Source: Nanobdellota archaeon (lineage in GTDB: Archaea; Nanobdellota; Nanobdellia; Pacearchaeales; GW2011-AR1). From it: DNA of 34,105 bases. Below the pieces are notes generated by a model. The model saw only the letters and a program-made list of their open reading frames with translations. It searched no databases and was not told where the DNA came from. Of this stretch, positions 8,789 to 16,108 are shown piece after piece. Location of the stretch: positions 1 to 34,105 of the forward strand of contig JAKLIN010000002.1 of the NCBI GenBank assembly GCA_022709585.1, given 5' to 3'. The position numbers and the translations under genes are program-made. Position 1 is the first letter of the stretch. Every line of letters begins with the position of its first letter.

Positions 8789-9268
8789 TTAAACTCTTCT
8801 TCCTCTTCTTCCTCCCTTCTTCTTTGGTCCTCCTCTTGGGATTCTTGTAACATCTAAAATGTTTACTACTTTGAATCCAGATCTGGATAAGCTTTTGATT
8901 ACTGCATAAGCTCCAGGTCCGAGAGATTGACTGTTTGTTTTTGAACGTATTCTAACATAAAGTGATTTTATTCCTAAAGGTGCGATTTCTTCTGCAACTC
9001 TTTTTGCAATAAACATAGCAATTGTTGGATTTGCTTTAAGTCTGTCATGCTTAGTTGCCATTCCTCCTGTGACTTTAGAAAGTGTTTTTCCAGACATGTC
9101 TGTAACATGAACAATAGTATTATTGAAAGATGTATAAATATGAACAATTGCTTCTAATTCTGGCCCTTTCTTTCTGTCAGACTTTTCATCGTCTTCTTCC
9201 ATTTCTTGCTTTATTTTAAGCTCTCCTCCGCTCATTTCAGAGGTAACTTCTTCGATTTTTCTTTTCAT
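8789..9268 (-). CDS. rps11: 30S ribosomal protein S11 (uS11) with about 35-aa charged N-terminal extension
   Basis: Core IVHIYTSFNNTIVHVTDMSGKT ... RIPRGGPKKKGGRRGRRV. The start lies 1 nt after the S4 stop. Confidence 0.9.
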   Translation of the reverse strand: MKRKIEEVTSEMSGGELKIKQEMEEDDEKSDRKKGPELEAIVHIYTSFNNTIVHVTDMSGKTLSKVTGGMATKHDRLKANPTIAMFIAKRVAEEIAPLGIKSLYVRIRSKTNSQSLGPGAYAVIKSLSRSGFKVVNILDVTRIPRGGPKKKGGRRGRRV

Positions 9269-9269
9269 T

Positions 9270-9788
9270 TTATTCTTCAGATTCCTCAGCTGTTTCGGCT
9301 TCCTCGGATTCAGCTGGTTTTTCTAATTTAATTGCTTTTTTAGTTTTTTGTTTTAAACTAATTTTATTTTCAAATTCAACAGGAACAATATAAGAAGGGC
9401 TGTCTGTAACATTTTTATTCACAATTATCTTTCTGTGAGTTATTGCTTGTCTTGCTGCTTTCATTGTTGGCAATATTTTCTTTGCAACAACGACAGATTG
9501 AAGTCTTCTTTGCAAATAATCTTCTTTAGTTAATGAAAGAACATCTGCAATCGATTTAACATTAAATCCAATTTTTTTAAGTCTAGCGAAGAATGCTTGC
9601 TGCTCTTGTTGACTTGCAGTAATCAAATTTTTTGCTTTCTTTCTGATAAGCTTAACTTTTGCATCAGCTTTCCAGATTTCAGTTTTGCTTTTTAATCCGA
9701 ATTTCTCGATGATTATTGCTTCTTCGTCAATTCTTGCCTTATCAAAAGGTCTTTTTGGTCGTGAATAAAGTTTATGTTTTCTTTTCAT
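9270..9788 (-). CDS. rps4: 30S ribosomal protein S4 (uS4) with acidic C-terminal tail
   Basis: KLYSRPKRPFDKARIDEEAIIIEKFGLKSKTEIWKA plus an S4 RNA-binding domain. Start placed at the internal Met (9788), 1 nt after the S13 stop; the ORF-track start at 9830 would overlap S13 by 41 nt. Confidence 0.85.
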   Translation of the reverse strand: MKRKHKLYSRPKRPFDKARIDEEAIIIEKFGLKSKTEIWKADAKVKLIRKKAKNLITASQQEQQAFFARLKKIGFNVKSIADVLSLTKEDYLQRRLQSVVVAKKILPTMKAARQAITHRKIIVNKNVTDSPSYIVPVEFENKISLKQKTKKAIKLEKPAESEEAETAEESEE

Positions 9789-9789
9789 T

Positions 9790-10323
9790 TTATTTAGCAG
9801 CTCCAGCAGCTTTCTTTTTAATTCCGACACCCTTGCTTCTGTTTCTTCTGAAGTGACTTCTTGTTCTTTGTCCTCTTACTGGAAGATTCAAGTAGTGTCT
9901 TAATCCTTTGTAACTTCTAATTTGTTTTAATCTTTTAATATCAAATTCTTTTTTTAATTCCAAATCTGTTCCAACAATATGCCCATCTTCTCCTGTTTCT
10001 CTATCTTTTCTTCTGTTCAATAAGAATTTAGCAAAAGTAGGTTTTTTTATGAATTCAGAAATTTTCTTTATGTCTGCTTCGTTTAAAGCTCCAACTTTGG
10101 TTTTTTTGTCTAATCTTAAAGAAACGCAAACAGCATTCGCGATGCTCCATGAAATTCCTTTGATTTTTGTAAGAGCAGGATAAATTGCCATATTTGCATC
10201 TACATCTGTTCCAAGAATTCTAACCATTCTACCTAAATGCTCTTGTTGCTTTGCTAGCATAGGGTTCATTTTAGGTTTTTGTGCTTCTTTCGTCGCTGTT
10301 TCTTGTTTTTCTTTTGCTTCCAT
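9790..10323 (-). CDS. rps13: 30S ribosomal protein S13 (uS13)
   Basis: MVRILGTDVDANMAIYPALTKIKGI ... GLRHYLNLPVRGQRTRSHFR. The start is uncertain because in-frame Met codons lie 18-21 codons downstream. Confidence 0.9.
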   Translation of the reverse strand: MEAKEKQETATKEAQKPKMNPMLAKQQEHLGRMVRILGTDVDANMAIYPALTKIKGISWSIANAVCVSLRLDKKTKVGALNEADIKKISEFIKKPTFAKFLLNRRKDRETGEDGHIVGTDLELKKEFDIKRLKQIRSYKGLRHYLNLPVRGQRTRSHFRRNRSKGVGIKKKAAGAAK

Positions 10324-10332
10324 GATATTTTT

Positions 10333-10869
10333 TTAATGAACGAACAAATTATATCTTTCCAAATCTACCAGCTCTTTAAAAATCCTTCTCTCAATAGCTT
10401 TTTGGGGGTCTGGGAGATTTGGAACCCTTTTCCTTATGTCTTCAAAAGACTTGAAAGGCTCTTCTTCTCTTTGTTTAATTATTTCTTGCATATGCTTTTT
10501 TCCGAGTCCAGGCAAAAATTCCAGCTGATGAACTCTTTTATTAATTGCATCAGATTTGTTGTAAAACTCTACAAATTCAGCTTCTCTTTCTCCAACAATT
10601 CTTTTAATGAATTCTTCTAATTGAGCTTTTCCTGCTTCTGTTAGTTTATCTCTTGCGAGTCTTCCAGAGATGTAATAAACTTTATCTCGTTTTCCCTCTC
10701 CGATATAGACTTTTTCTCCGATTTCAAAAGCTGAACCTCTTCGAGGAACTAATTCTAAAAGAGTAAGATTTTTTTCACCTATAGCTTGCACTATTGGAAT
10801 CATTTTCTTTTCCAAAGGATATCCGTTTGGTAAATATTCTAGTACAATTGCATATTCTTCTTTTTCCAT
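10333..10869 (-). CDS. DUF655/COG1491 OB-fold plus helix-hairpin-helix nucleic-acid-binding protein
   Basis: EEYAIVLEYLPNGYP ... FVEFYNKSDAINKRVHQLEFLPGLGKKHMQEIIKQR matches the family that follows L21e-rpoF in archaea. The same synteny is seen here. Confidence 0.8.
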   Translation of the reverse strand: MEKEEYAIVLEYLPNGYPLEKKMIPIVQAIGEKNLTLLELVPRRGSAFEIGEKVYIGEGKRDKVYYISGRLARDKLTEAGKAQLEEFIKRIVGEREAEFVEFYNKSDAINKRVHQLEFLPGLGKKHMQEIIKQREEEPFKSFEDIRKRVPNLPDPQKAIERRIFKELVDLERYNLFVH

Positions 10870-10874
10870 GTTCT

Positions 10875-11177
10875 TTACCTGTAATGTTTAACTATATCCA
10901 ATATTTTTTGGATTTCATCTTCATCTAATCTTACATCGATAAAGATTTTGTTTAAGTCTTCTGCATTTTCCGGCAAAAGATCTATCACTTTGGAGATATG
11001 CTCGGATTTTATTTTTAACAGATTTAGGTCTTGGAGTTTTGCTCTAAGCTCTTTAGCTTTCTTTGCGTCGATTTCAACAAATTTGTTTATGAAACCAGCT
11101 AACTCGCTAGCGCTATCATTACCTTTAAGATATTCGCCTGCTTCAGCCATACTTAATGATTCTCTATTTCTTATCAT
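10875..11177 (-). CDS. rpoF: DNA-directed RNA polymerase subunit F (Rpo4)
   Basis: 100 aa. Rpb4-like helical pattern (LSMAEAGEYLK ... VIDLLPENAEDLNKIF) and the conserved position between L21e and DUF655. Confidence 0.75.
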   Translation of the reverse strand: MIRNRESLSMAEAGEYLKGNDSASELAGFINKFVEIDAKKAKELRAKLQDLNLLKIKSEHISKVIDLLPENAEDLNKIFIDVRLDEDEIQKILDIVKHYR

Positions 11178-11470
11178 TTTGTTGTTTTTGGTTTCTTATC
11201 AGCCTTCGCTGCTTTGATTTGTTTTATTTTTTTCAAATGGATAGGAGCAATTAAAAATTGCTTTTTTTCGTTTTGATCTTTTAATCCAAGAATATAAGAT
11301 TTTCCTCTTCTGCCTTCAATGGTTCCTGTTTTTCCTTGAAGTCTTAATGGAAATTTGGAGTCAACTGTTGGTTCTTTAACTACTGCAGCACTATCTCCAA
11401 TTTCAAATTCTTGAAAGTGCTTGCTAAGCCCAGGTTTTCCACGACTTATTACTCGATTCATCTTTCCCAT
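11174..11470 (-). CDS. rpl21e: 50S ribosomal protein L21e (eL21)
   Basis: 98 aa. FQEFEIGDSAAVVKEPTVD ... LQGKTGTIEGRRGKSYILGLKD is the SH3-like L21e core. 4-nt overlap with rpoF. Confidence 0.85.
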   Translation of the reverse strand: MGKMNRVISRGKPGLSKHFQEFEIGDSAAVVKEPTVDSKFPLRLQGKTGTIEGRRGKSYILGLKDQNEKKQFLIAPIHLKKIKQIKAAKADKKPKTTK

Positions 11471-11542
11471 GTTTTAAACAAATAGACTTCATTTAAAAAG
11501 CTTCGCATGCTAAGTGCATACTAGAATTCTTATCAAAGCGAT

Positions 11543-11740
11543 TTAAAGTTTAGACATATTTAAACTTCTAGAGGTATTGTTGAATAGCTCTAAATTATTA
11601 CTGTCTCTTGCATTTTCCATTGATGCGACGATTGCTTTGAACATCTTTTCTCCCCAAACTCCAACGCCGCATTTGTCACAAAAGTCAATAACGCTATTGT
11701 CTGAAATTTCGCTTTTGCAGTAAATACATTTTTTTGTCAT
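11543..11740 (-). CDS. small zinc-ribbon protein
   Basis: 65 aa. CxxC (CIYC) ... CxxC (CDKC) followed by a short helical tail. No family recognised. Confidence 0.55.
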   Translation of the reverse strand: MTKKCIYCKSEISDNSVIDFCDKCGVGVWGEKMFKAIVASMENARDSNNLELFNNTSRSLNMSKL

Positions 11741-11848
11741 GGTCTCCTCCTTTGTTCTAAAACTGTACGCTCTAAAACTTATTTTGTTTTTAAAGATTTG
11801 TATATCCTGAATAGTAACTTTTAAAAAGCAACCCGTTTACTACAAAAT

Positions 11849-12046
11849 ATGATAATTCCAATAAGATGTTTTAGTTGCGGTAAACCAATCGGCCACTTGT
11901 GGGAAGAATACAAGAAAAGAGTGGAAGCTGGAGAGAAATCTGGCAAAGTTTTAGATGAACTTGGATTGGAAAGATACTGCTGCAGATCAATTTTCTTAGG
12001 GCAAACAGACTTAGTTAAGCTTGTTGGAAAATTCAAGAAAGTTTAA
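11849..12046 (+). CDS. rpoN: DNA-directed RNA polymerase subunit N (Rpo10)
   Basis: [21 protein letters not shown] ... LGLERYCCR is the Rpb10/RpoN zinc bundle signature. Confidence 0.9.
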   Translation: MIIPIRCFSCGKPIGHLWEEYKKRVEAGEKSGKVLDELGLERYCCRSIFLGQTDLVKLVGKFKKV

Positions 12047-12082
12047 ACTTATTTTGTGCGCTAGTTCAATTTTTATTTAATC

Positions 12083-12379
12083 TTAATCCATTTTCCATCG
12101 AGAAATTGTGCCACAATTTTCACATTTCATTGATTTTGTTTTTTTATTAATTCTTATTTCAGGATGTTTGTAAACACTGAAACATCTTTTACAGAATAAT
12201 TTTTTGTTTGCTCCTAGCTTGAGATTATGCTTCATTGCAAGGGTTTTTATTTTCTTAACTTGCTCGGGAGTTTTATTTTTTATATTATTTCTTAGGTTAT
12301 CTTTTATCTCGGAAAAGAATTCTTGAATCTCTTTTATTGCCTCAGTCTTGGACAGCTGTTTAAGTGATTTTTTTTGCAT
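12083..12379 (-). CDS. rnp4: RNase P protein component 4 (Rpp21/Rpr2 family)
   Basis: 98 aa. Basic helical N-half then a zinc ribbon CKRCFSVY ... CENCG, as in archaeal Rpp21. Confidence 0.75.
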   Translation of the reverse strand: MQKKSLKQLSKTEAIKEIQEFFSEIKDNLRNNIKNKTPEQVKKIKTLAMKHNLKLGANKKLFCKRCFSVYKHPEIRINKKTKSMKCENCGTISRWKMD

Positions 12380-12429
12380 GGGAAATAATTTGAAACAGTT
12401 AATAATACGAGAATAAAAATAAAAAAAGG

Positions 12430-12543
12430 TGAGAGGGCATTACTGTTTCGCACCCTTTTGAGGAACTAACGCAGTAACGTAATTGGCTTGACTTCTGAGT
12501 TCGGAAAGGGATCAGGTATTGTCCAACTACTGTGGCCTTCTAC
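12430..12543 (-). rRNA. 5S ribosomal RNA (stand-alone copy; ends approximate, +/-5 nt)
   Basis: The reverse complement contains ...ACCTGATCCCTTTCCGAACTCAGAAGTCAAGCC..., matching the universally conserved 5S loop B/helix III-loop C region (CCCGAAC..GAAGTTAAGC). The termini AGAAGGC / GCCCTCT can pair as helix I. Locally GC-enriched. Confidence 0.8.
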
Positions 12544-12607
12544 GATTTTTAGATAATCTGACTGTTTTTAAAGCTTTTGATGAAGATAAATGAGATGAAA
12601 AGCTAAG

Positions 12608-12618
12608 TTTTTTATAAT
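12608..12618 (+). promoter_or_regulatory. TATA-box-like element for the tRNA-Leu gene
   Basis: TTTTTTATAAT is centred about 26 nt upstream of tRNA position 1, the canonical archaeal TATA distance. Confidence 0.4.
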
Positions 12619-12639
12619 GCCAGTTGTATGAAACTTTAC

Positions 12640-12723
12640 GCGGAAATGCCGGAGTGGTCAAACGGGCTGGATTAAGGCTCCAGTGGCTTAGTGCCTGCGA
12701 AGGTTCGATCCCTTCTTTCCGCA
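12640..12723 (+). tRNA. tRNA-Leu, class II, apparent anticodon AAG
   Basis: GCGGAAA acceptor, CCG/CGG D stem, CTGGA-TTAAGGC-TCCAG anticodon arm (positions 34-36 = AAG), long variable arm, GAAGG-TTCGATC-CCTTC T arm, then TTTCCGC-A. Length 84 nt. Confidence 0.85.
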
Positions 12724-12875
12724 TTGAAACTAACAATCAAAAACTCGAACCCCCTGAAAAGCCAAACAAAAACCTTTAAATAATGTTATTTTCAAGACAT
12801 ATTGTATAACTCAATAAACCTGCGAGTTAAACGCGTAAGCAGGAGTTTCGACTTCTGTAAACATTATAAGACAAA

Positions 12876-13244
12876 ATGAAATCAAATACAAAGATAAATG
12901 AGCAAACAAAAAAGAAAACTAACCCCGAGTTAGTTGGAGCAATAATTGCTGCAAAGAAAAATGAATCTTGGAAAAGAGTTGCAGAAATTCTTTCAAGTCC
13001 AAGAAAGAACAAAAGAGAAGAAAATTTAACAAAAATAAATGCAGAAGCTAAAGAGGGAGATGTTATTGTCGTTCCTGGAAAGGTTCTTTCAATGGGCGAA
13101 TTAAACAAAAAAATAAAAATTGTCGCACTTAGTTTCTCTAAGGGTGCTGAAGAAAAAATCTTAAAAGCAAATTCAACAATATCAACAATAGTTGATGAAA
13201 TTAAAAAGAACCCAACTGCAAAAGCAGTTAAAATTTTAGAATGA
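12876..13244 (+). CDS. rpl18e: 50S ribosomal protein L18e (eL18)
   Basis: 122 aa. TNPELVGAIIAAKKNESWKRVAEILSSPRKN ... GDVIVVPGKVLSMGEL. Heads the L18e-L13-S9 unit. Confidence 0.85.
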   Translation: MKSNTKINEQTKKKTNPELVGAIIAAKKNESWKRVAEILSSPRKNKREENLTKINAEAKEGDVIVVPGKVLSMGELNKKIKIVALSFSKGAEEKILKANSTISTIVDEIKKNPTAKAVKILE

Positions 13245-13633
13245 AAATAATAGACGGACAAAACGCGGTTTTAGGAAGAGTTGCTAGCTATGCGGCTAAA
13301 CAAGCACTTCAAGGAGAAGATATTGTGATTGTAAACTGCAAAGATTTGATCATCACTGGAAACCAAGAGTTCACTGAAAAAAATATTCACACAAGAAGAA
13401 GTAGAATCGGATGGAGCAGGCAAGGACAAAGATATTCCCGTGCTACTGAAAAGATGGTTAAGACTACAATAAGAGGCATGCTTCCTAATTATAGACTGGG
13501 AAGAGGAAAAATTGCTTTTGAAAAAATAAAATGCTACTCCGATGTTCCAAAAGAATTTGAAAATTCTGAAAAAATTTCTATCGCAAAAGATAAGAAGAAA
13601 GTATTTGTTAAAATTAAGGAGGTTTCCAAATGA
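13241..13633 (+). CDS. rpl13: 50S ribosomal protein L13 (uL13)
   Basis: IIDGQNAVLGRVASYAAKQALQGEDIVIVNC ... MLPNYRLGR. 4-nt overlap with L18e. Confidence 0.9.
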   Translation: MKIIDGQNAVLGRVASYAAKQALQGEDIVIVNCKDLIITGNQEFTEKNIHTRRSRIGWSRQGQRYSRATEKMVKTTIRGMLPNYRLGRGKIAFEKIKCYSDVPKEFENSEKISIAKDKKKVFVKIKEVSK

Positions 13634-14043
13634 AATCCGATAAGAGTAAAATAGTTCATTCTGGTAAAAGAAAAACCGCTGTTGCTCGAGCAGTTATAAT
13701 CGAAGGAACAGGGGTTATCAGATTAAACAAAAGAGACTACCAAACATTGCCTTTCTTCGATAAATTAAGAATTGAAGAGCCAATAAGAATTGCAAAAGAA
13801 ATTCTCGGAAGTATTAACTTTGATGTTCTTATTACTGTTCATGGTGGAGGACAAAAAGGACAAATTGAAGCTGCAAGAATCGCGCTTTCAAGAGCAATAA
13901 TTGATTTTACAAAATCCAAGGAATTAAAAGAAGCTTACTTGACTTACGACAGAGGACTTCTTGTTGCAGATGTTAGAAGAAAAGAAGCTTACAAACCTGG
14001 AGACAGTAAAGCTAGAAGTAGAAGACAAAAGTCTTACAGATAA
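13630..14043 (+). CDS. rps9: 30S ribosomal protein S9 (uS9)
   Basis: GKRKTAVARAVIIEGTG ... GGGQKGQIEAARIALSRA ... DVRRKEAYKPG..KARSRRQKSYR. AAGGAGG Shine-Dalgarno sequence upstream. Confidence 0.9.
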   Translation: MKSDKSKIVHSGKRKTAVARAVIIEGTGVIRLNKRDYQTLPFFDKLRIEEPIRIAKEILGSINFDVLITVHGGGQKGQIEAARIALSRAIIDFTKSKELKEAYLTYDRGLLVADVRRKEAYKPGDSKARSRRQKSYR

Positions 14044-14081
14044 TTTTTCTTTTTAGAAATTTAAGATATTTTCAATTTGAT

Positions 14082-14666
14082 TTAATCTGCGACATAAACT
14101 AGTCTTGGATGATTAAATAATTCTTCTAAAGAGAAATGGTAAAGCTTGTTTCCGATTGCATCCGCAATTTTAACAATTCTCGGCTGAATGAATCTTCCAT
14201 TTTCATCTCTTGATTTAATATAATTCTTTGCTTTTATCTCTTCAAATGGAAGAAGTGAAAAATGGGAAATAATTTTAGATTCATAATCTTCACAAGCTTC
14301 CCCGTCTAGATGAATTCCTAGATGAACTTTATCTTCTTTCATTTTTTCATAATTGTTATTCCACCCTTTTTTTTCTAAAAATTGGCTTATTAACTTTGGC
14401 GCTTCGTAACTAAGATTACAAGGAATATTTTTGTATTTTTCTCCCCTAAGAAGTGAAAACCACCAATCTTTTTCTTGCTCCATCCATTCTCTTGCACCTT
14501 CAAAATCTCTTTTATGCTTACCCAATTCAGGGATTCCGTCCAAGATATTCTCTGAAAAAACTCCAACAATTATCTCTGGTTTATCTGGATAAATGCTGTC
14601 CCCTTTATGGGATTCGTCAAATCCACAAATGATGTATCTTTTACCAGCACAGATTTCCTCAATCAT
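14082..14666 (-). CDS. hypothetical protein, possible RNase H-fold (DUF3800/RNase HII-like) protein
   Basis: 194 aa. N-terminal IICGFDESHKGD resembles the DE(S/A)G first motif of DUF3800/RNase HII. Later acidic positions are HLDGE and KIADAIGN. 8-nt overlap with the upstream recombinase-domain gene. Weak, by-eye assignment. Confidence 0.35.
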   Translation of the reverse strand: MIEEICAGKRYIICGFDESHKGDSIYPDKPEIIVGVFSENILDGIPELGKHKRDFEGAREWMEQEKDWWFSLLRGEKYKNIPCNLSYEAPKLISQFLEKKGWNNNYEKMKEDKVHLGIHLDGEACEDYESKIISHFSLLPFEEIKAKNYIKSRDENGRFIQPRIVKIADAIGNKLYHFSLEELFNHPRLVYVAD

Positions 14667-15201
14667 TTTGTTTTTCGTTTTTTAATTTTTCAAATTTGTT
14701 TTGAACATGATTAAATAATGTCGAAGAGATCAATGCAGGATGATTTCCTTCGTAAACTTGATTATTGAATTTAACTTTTCCAATATAAGTAAAGTTTGTT
14801 AGTATTTTTTTTAATCCATTAACAGAGAGGCCATGGCGTTGAGCAAGTTGTCTTAAACTGATATTCTCTTGCAAAAATTCCTGAAAAATATCTTCGATTT
14901 CGTTTTTATTCTCTGCGGGAACAAGTTTTTTGTTTTCCATCTTGTAACCGAATGGAACTCGCGACATAACTTTCCCTTTTGACGCTTGAGAAATCATGCC
15001 TTTCTTCTGTTTTTCGCCGACAGAAGCGTACTTTCTGAAGGAGTCTAAAACTGCGCCGTTTATTTTTTCAGAGATGTAATCTTTGAATTTTTCAGAATTG
15101 TTTGGAGAAAAATAATGACAGATATCGCAAAGATAAACTTCAAATTTTTCTTTGTTTTTTTCAGACTCATAGCCGCATTTAATGCACCTTTTTGAAGTCA
15201 T
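14659..15201 (-). CDS. zinc-ribbon plus serine-recombinase 'Recombinase' (PF07508-like) domain protein, lacking the resolvase catalytic domain
   Basis: N-terminus CIKCG ... CDICH (four Cys). Then GKVMSRVPFGYKMENKKLVPAENKNEIEDIFQEFLQENISLRQLAQRHGLSVNGLKKILTNFTYIGKV ... GNHPALISSTLFNHVQ. This follows the PFGY ... E ... IF ... G.S...IA..LN ... IL.N..Y.G ... H.PII....F..VQ pattern of the large-serine-recombinase RD. No S-R catalytic N-domain present. Confidence 0.65.
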   Translation of the reverse strand: MTSKRCIKCGYESEKNKEKFEVYLCDICHYFSPNNSEKFKDYISEKINGAVLDSFRKYASVGEKQKKGMISQASKGKVMSRVPFGYKMENKKLVPAENKNEIEDIFQEFLQENISLRQLAQRHGLSVNGLKKILTNFTYIGKVKFNNQVYEGNHPALISSTLFNHVQNKFEKLKNEKQND

Positions 15202-15848
15202 TTGAAACTCACTCCTCTTTTAGTTAACTGCTCTATTAAATCTTTATTGTTCTTAAAAAGGATGCTAGAGATGCCTAACTTTTTTGCTCCTTCAATATTT
15301 TCTGGCTTGTCATCGATAAATAGAACTTGGTTAGGATTAACTTTTAGTTTTTTTAAAGTTAGGTTGAATATCTTTTCATCGGGTTTTCTCACGCGCATTT
15401 TATAAGAAAAGAATCTTTTTTCAAATAAATAACCTAAATGATATCGGAGAGAAAGATAATTCTTGTGTATTTTTCCAAGGTTTGAAAGCAAAATTAGATG
15501 ATATTTTCTTTTCAATAAACACAACAATAAGATTAAATCTTTGTTCGCCCAAAAAATACTTTCCCAAGCTTTTTTGAAAATTCTATAAGGAACTTTCTTT
15601 ATTTCAAGTTCTTCAGCTAAAATTTTTAAGTAAACTCTTGGATTTTGCCCCTTCTCCATCGCATTAATAAAACGATTTGTGTTTGAAGAAAGAACCTCAG
15701 AGATTTTTTTCTCTGGAACATTTAAAACAGGGGCTAGCTTTTTTGCGGCAATTTTTTGGTCATAAAATACTACAACTCCCCCTAGATCAAAAATAAGAGT
15801 GTCTCCTGAAAACTTTTTGATATTTGACACGCCTCTTTTTGGTTTCAT
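15198..15848 (-). CDS. HAD-superfamily hydrolase (subfamily IA-like)
   Basis: Motif I LIFDLGGVVV, motif II LLSN, motif III/IV K ... LFIDDKPENIEGAKKLGI. Confidence 0.8.
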   Translation of the reverse strand: MKPKRGVSNIKKFSGDTLIFDLGGVVVFYDQKIAAKKLAPVLNVPEKKISEVLSSNTNRFINAMEKGQNPRVYLKILAEELEIKKVPYRIFKKAWESIFWANKDLILLLCLLKRKYHLILLSNLGKIHKNYLSLRYHLGYLFEKRFFSYKMRVRKPDEKIFNLTLKKLKVNPNQVLFIDDKPENIEGAKKLGISSILFKNNKDLIEQLTKRGVSFK

Positions 15849-15849
15849 T

Positions 15850-16062
15850 TTAATTTTTTATTTTTTTATTTTGTTTATTTTTCGAAGAAAGTTTTACTTT
15901 TGCATTGGCATTTTTGTTGGGATTCTTAAAAAGTTCTCTTTGATTAAGAATCATCAAGATAATTGCACCAATAATAAAAGCCCGATGAACCAGAAAGGTT
16001 AAAGCTATGCAGACAAGAGCTATCAACGCAAAGAAAAAAACTTTTTTGTTTTTTATTGGCAT
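15850..16062 (-). CDS. small two-helix membrane protein with lysine-rich tail
   Basis: 70 aa. Two hydrophobic segments (FFFALIALVCIALTFLV, FIIGAIILMIL). Its stop abuts the HAD start with a 1-nt gap, suggesting co-translation. Confidence 0.5.
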   Translation of the reverse strand: MPIKNKKVFFFALIALVCIALTFLVHRAFIIGAIILMILNQRELFKNPNKNANAKVKLSSKNKQNKKIKN

Positions 16063-16108
16063 GTTATATCTTGGTTTTACGGGTTTTTAACTTTTTATTT
16101 TAGAAAAT

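Noticed and set aside
12527-12736. 69-aa ORF on the minus strand.
   Set aside because: It spans the antisense of tRNA-Leu (12640-12723) and the 5' edge of the 5S rRNA, so it is an artefact of the RNA genes.
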